DNA of 64,000 nucleotides from Giardia intestinalis (Eukaryota): NCBI GenBank assembly GCA_000002435.2, contig CM018792.1; one strand, 5' to 3'. Shown piece by piece: positions 62,436 to 64,000 of this stretch (position 1 is its first letter; each line of letters starts with the position of its first letter). The notes under the pieces were generated by a model. It saw only the letters and a program-made list of their open reading frames with translations, ran no database searches and was not told where the DNA came from. The position numbers and the translations under genes were made by a program.

Positions 62436-64000
62436 TCACGCCTTCCCTCTACACACGAACCACCAGCAGAGGAACCCTATGAGACCCCCCACGACGACGA
62501 CCACAGCGACGGAGATCCCCGCGATGGCCCCCGTGGAGAGCCCGCCCCTGTTGGCGCCAGAGGACACACACTTACCACCCTCTAGACTGTATCCATCAAC
62601 ACACTCCCCACATATATTATCCATCACACAGCTCTTGCAGTTGGTGTCAGAGCATGTCACACACCCAGTGCCATCCTTGTTGGGCACCTTACTATTGTCA
62701 CAGGAGGTACACACAGCAGCAGTCATGCCAGCTGTTGTTAGAGCTGCTGGGGCTGTACACTGGGAGCAGCCCTCTACCCCCACATATGCCTTAGCAGTAT
62801 TACCAGTGCCTGTCAGTGTGCCAAGGGGGTTACTACAAGCCAACACAGACTGATCAGTGTTGGATGCACCAGGCACTACGAAGTACCTATTGTTGGCTGC
62901 TTCTGTGCAGATCCCAGTATTACCTGCTGTCTTGCACATGAAGCTACCAGGAGCCTTCTGAGTGCTATAACAGCCACCCATGTATAGGAAGTAGTTGTTG
63001 GTGCACTGTGTACATACACCATTAGCACAAGTATTCCCAGCCTTTTGAGCCTCACTAGCACAGAGACCATCTATAGGAGCTTGTGAACTATCTCCACAAT
63101 AGGAACAGTAGTGCTTTGTGGTGCCCTGATCATCTATTACGATGGCATCACAAGAGCCAGCTGTCCCCCCACAAGCCGTGGGGTCCTCGCAGGTCTTCTC
63201 TGTGCATGTATAGTTGTCTGAGGTTCCAGCGGGCTTCCTGTTAGGCTTGCACTTTGTGCACTTGAGAGGTCCTGTAGACTCCTTTGTGCACTCGGCACAC
63301 CCATCGATGCCCCCCTGTGCATTATCACAAGCAACGCACTCACCAGTAGGACCATTGCCTTTCATGAAGAACCCAGGCTTGCATGTATCACACTTATCAT
63401 TGCCAGTTTGAGTGCAGGTGGCACAGTTAGCACCTGGACAAGCGGTGCATGTAACCGTACCACTACCACTACTGTAGTATCCATCGAGGCACTCCGAGCA
63501 GGTCGGCGGTGTCGCCGAGTCCTTGGTACACTTCTTACACCCGGCAATGCCCTGGTAATTTGGATCGGCTCCAGCTGAAACGGTACTGCATAAAACACAT
63601 GTTTTGTCCTCCTTCATAAATAGGGCCTCGTCAGCGCCTTTACATCCAGCGTAGTCTTTTGTCACGCACGTCGAGGTCCCATCAAGGGCCGTCCTGGGGA
63701 TCTTACTGTTATCACAAGCTGTGCACTTCGGCTTCTTGGTAGTCGAATCAACCTCACACTGGGTACATGCTTGATCTATCGTGTTGCAAGGAAGGCACTT
63801 CCCCGACTCCGGGTCAGCATAAGTGTTTCCAGTGCATCCATTATTATTCACGCATGCATTATCCTTCAGGAACGTATTTCCCTTACAAGAGGTACACTGG
63901 GTCGCCGACGTCTCACAGGTCAGGCAAGAGTCGTTGCACTTCTCACATGCCCCGTTACTATTTAGAAAGTATCCCTCTGTGCAGGTATCACATGTAGCTG
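62436..64000 (-). pseudogene. VSP array cassette E (5'-partial, runs off the right window edge), with a distinct tail variant (..GKCVSSGANRGGLSTGAIAGISVAVVVVVGGLIGFLCWWFVCRGKA)
   Basis: Same body as cassettes A and D across 62700-64000. The tail module upstream of the TM helix is private (AALTTAGMTAAVCTSCDNSKVPNKDGTGCVTCSDTNCKSCVMDNICGECVDGYSLEGGKCV). The frame is still open at nt 64000. Confidence 0.7.

Noticed and set aside
1-64000. CRISPR arrays or other prokaryotic mobile-element signatures
   Set aside because: The window is eukaryotic (Giardia). The only regular repeats are the ~1.9 kb VSP cassettes and the trinucleotide tract. None has repeat-spacer architecture.

Overview
This window looks like nuclear DNA from Giardia intestinalis (lamblia). 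The evidence for that call, all read directly from the sequence: no introns are apparent and genes are tightly packed. Several Cys-rich CXXC surface proteins end in the invariant ...GFLCWWF(I/L/V)CRGKA tail, and an ACTYAGRTAGTRAAY-type extended poly(A) signal sits at their 3' ends. AGTRAAY poly(A) motifs follow other genes, short AT-rich initiator stretches abut the ATGs, and NEK kinases carrying ankyrin repeats and a poly-Q tract are present. Note that the supplied ORF track counts the stop codon in its coordinates and prints M for GTG/TTG starts, so several starts were re-derived by hand. About two thirds of the window is ordinary single-copy genes. These are a RAD6-like E2, an OSCA/TMEM63-like channel, a WD40 protein, a prefoldin-like protein, a SPEF1-like CH-domain protein, a tiny SERF/4F5 gene, two giant hypothetical proteins, an FCP1/NIF-type phosphatase and two tandem Tctex-1 dynein light chains. 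They continue with an active NEK kinase, a secreted EGF-rich high-cysteine protein, a cathepsin B, a long coiled-coil protein, an ankyrin-NEK pseudokinase, a TPR protein and a PlsC-type acyltransferase. The unusual material is all VSP-related and falls in three places. (1) A VSP gene is cut by the left edge at 3..1973, followed by a 1.9 kb GC-rich ORF-free stretch. (2) A decayed block at 32.1-37.7 kb holds a VSP pseudogene (1-nt insertion right after its ATG plus a 3' truncation), a multiply frameshifted kinase pseudogene and a 2.4 kb GC-rich ORF desert. (3) Most striking is a minus-strand head-to-tail array of at least five ~1.9 kb VSP cassettes at 54.8-64.0 kb that runs off the right edge. 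Every cassette lacks a signal peptide. Each keeps its own TM-CRGKA tail and its stop codon. The stop is embedded in the extended VSP poly(A) signal, whose final ATG is the next cassette's start codon, so the cassettes are spaced by exactly 12 nt and sit in the same frame. The cassettes are mosaics of shared and private segments. One carries a homopolymer frameshift and another carries a ~280-bp patch dense in deletions.
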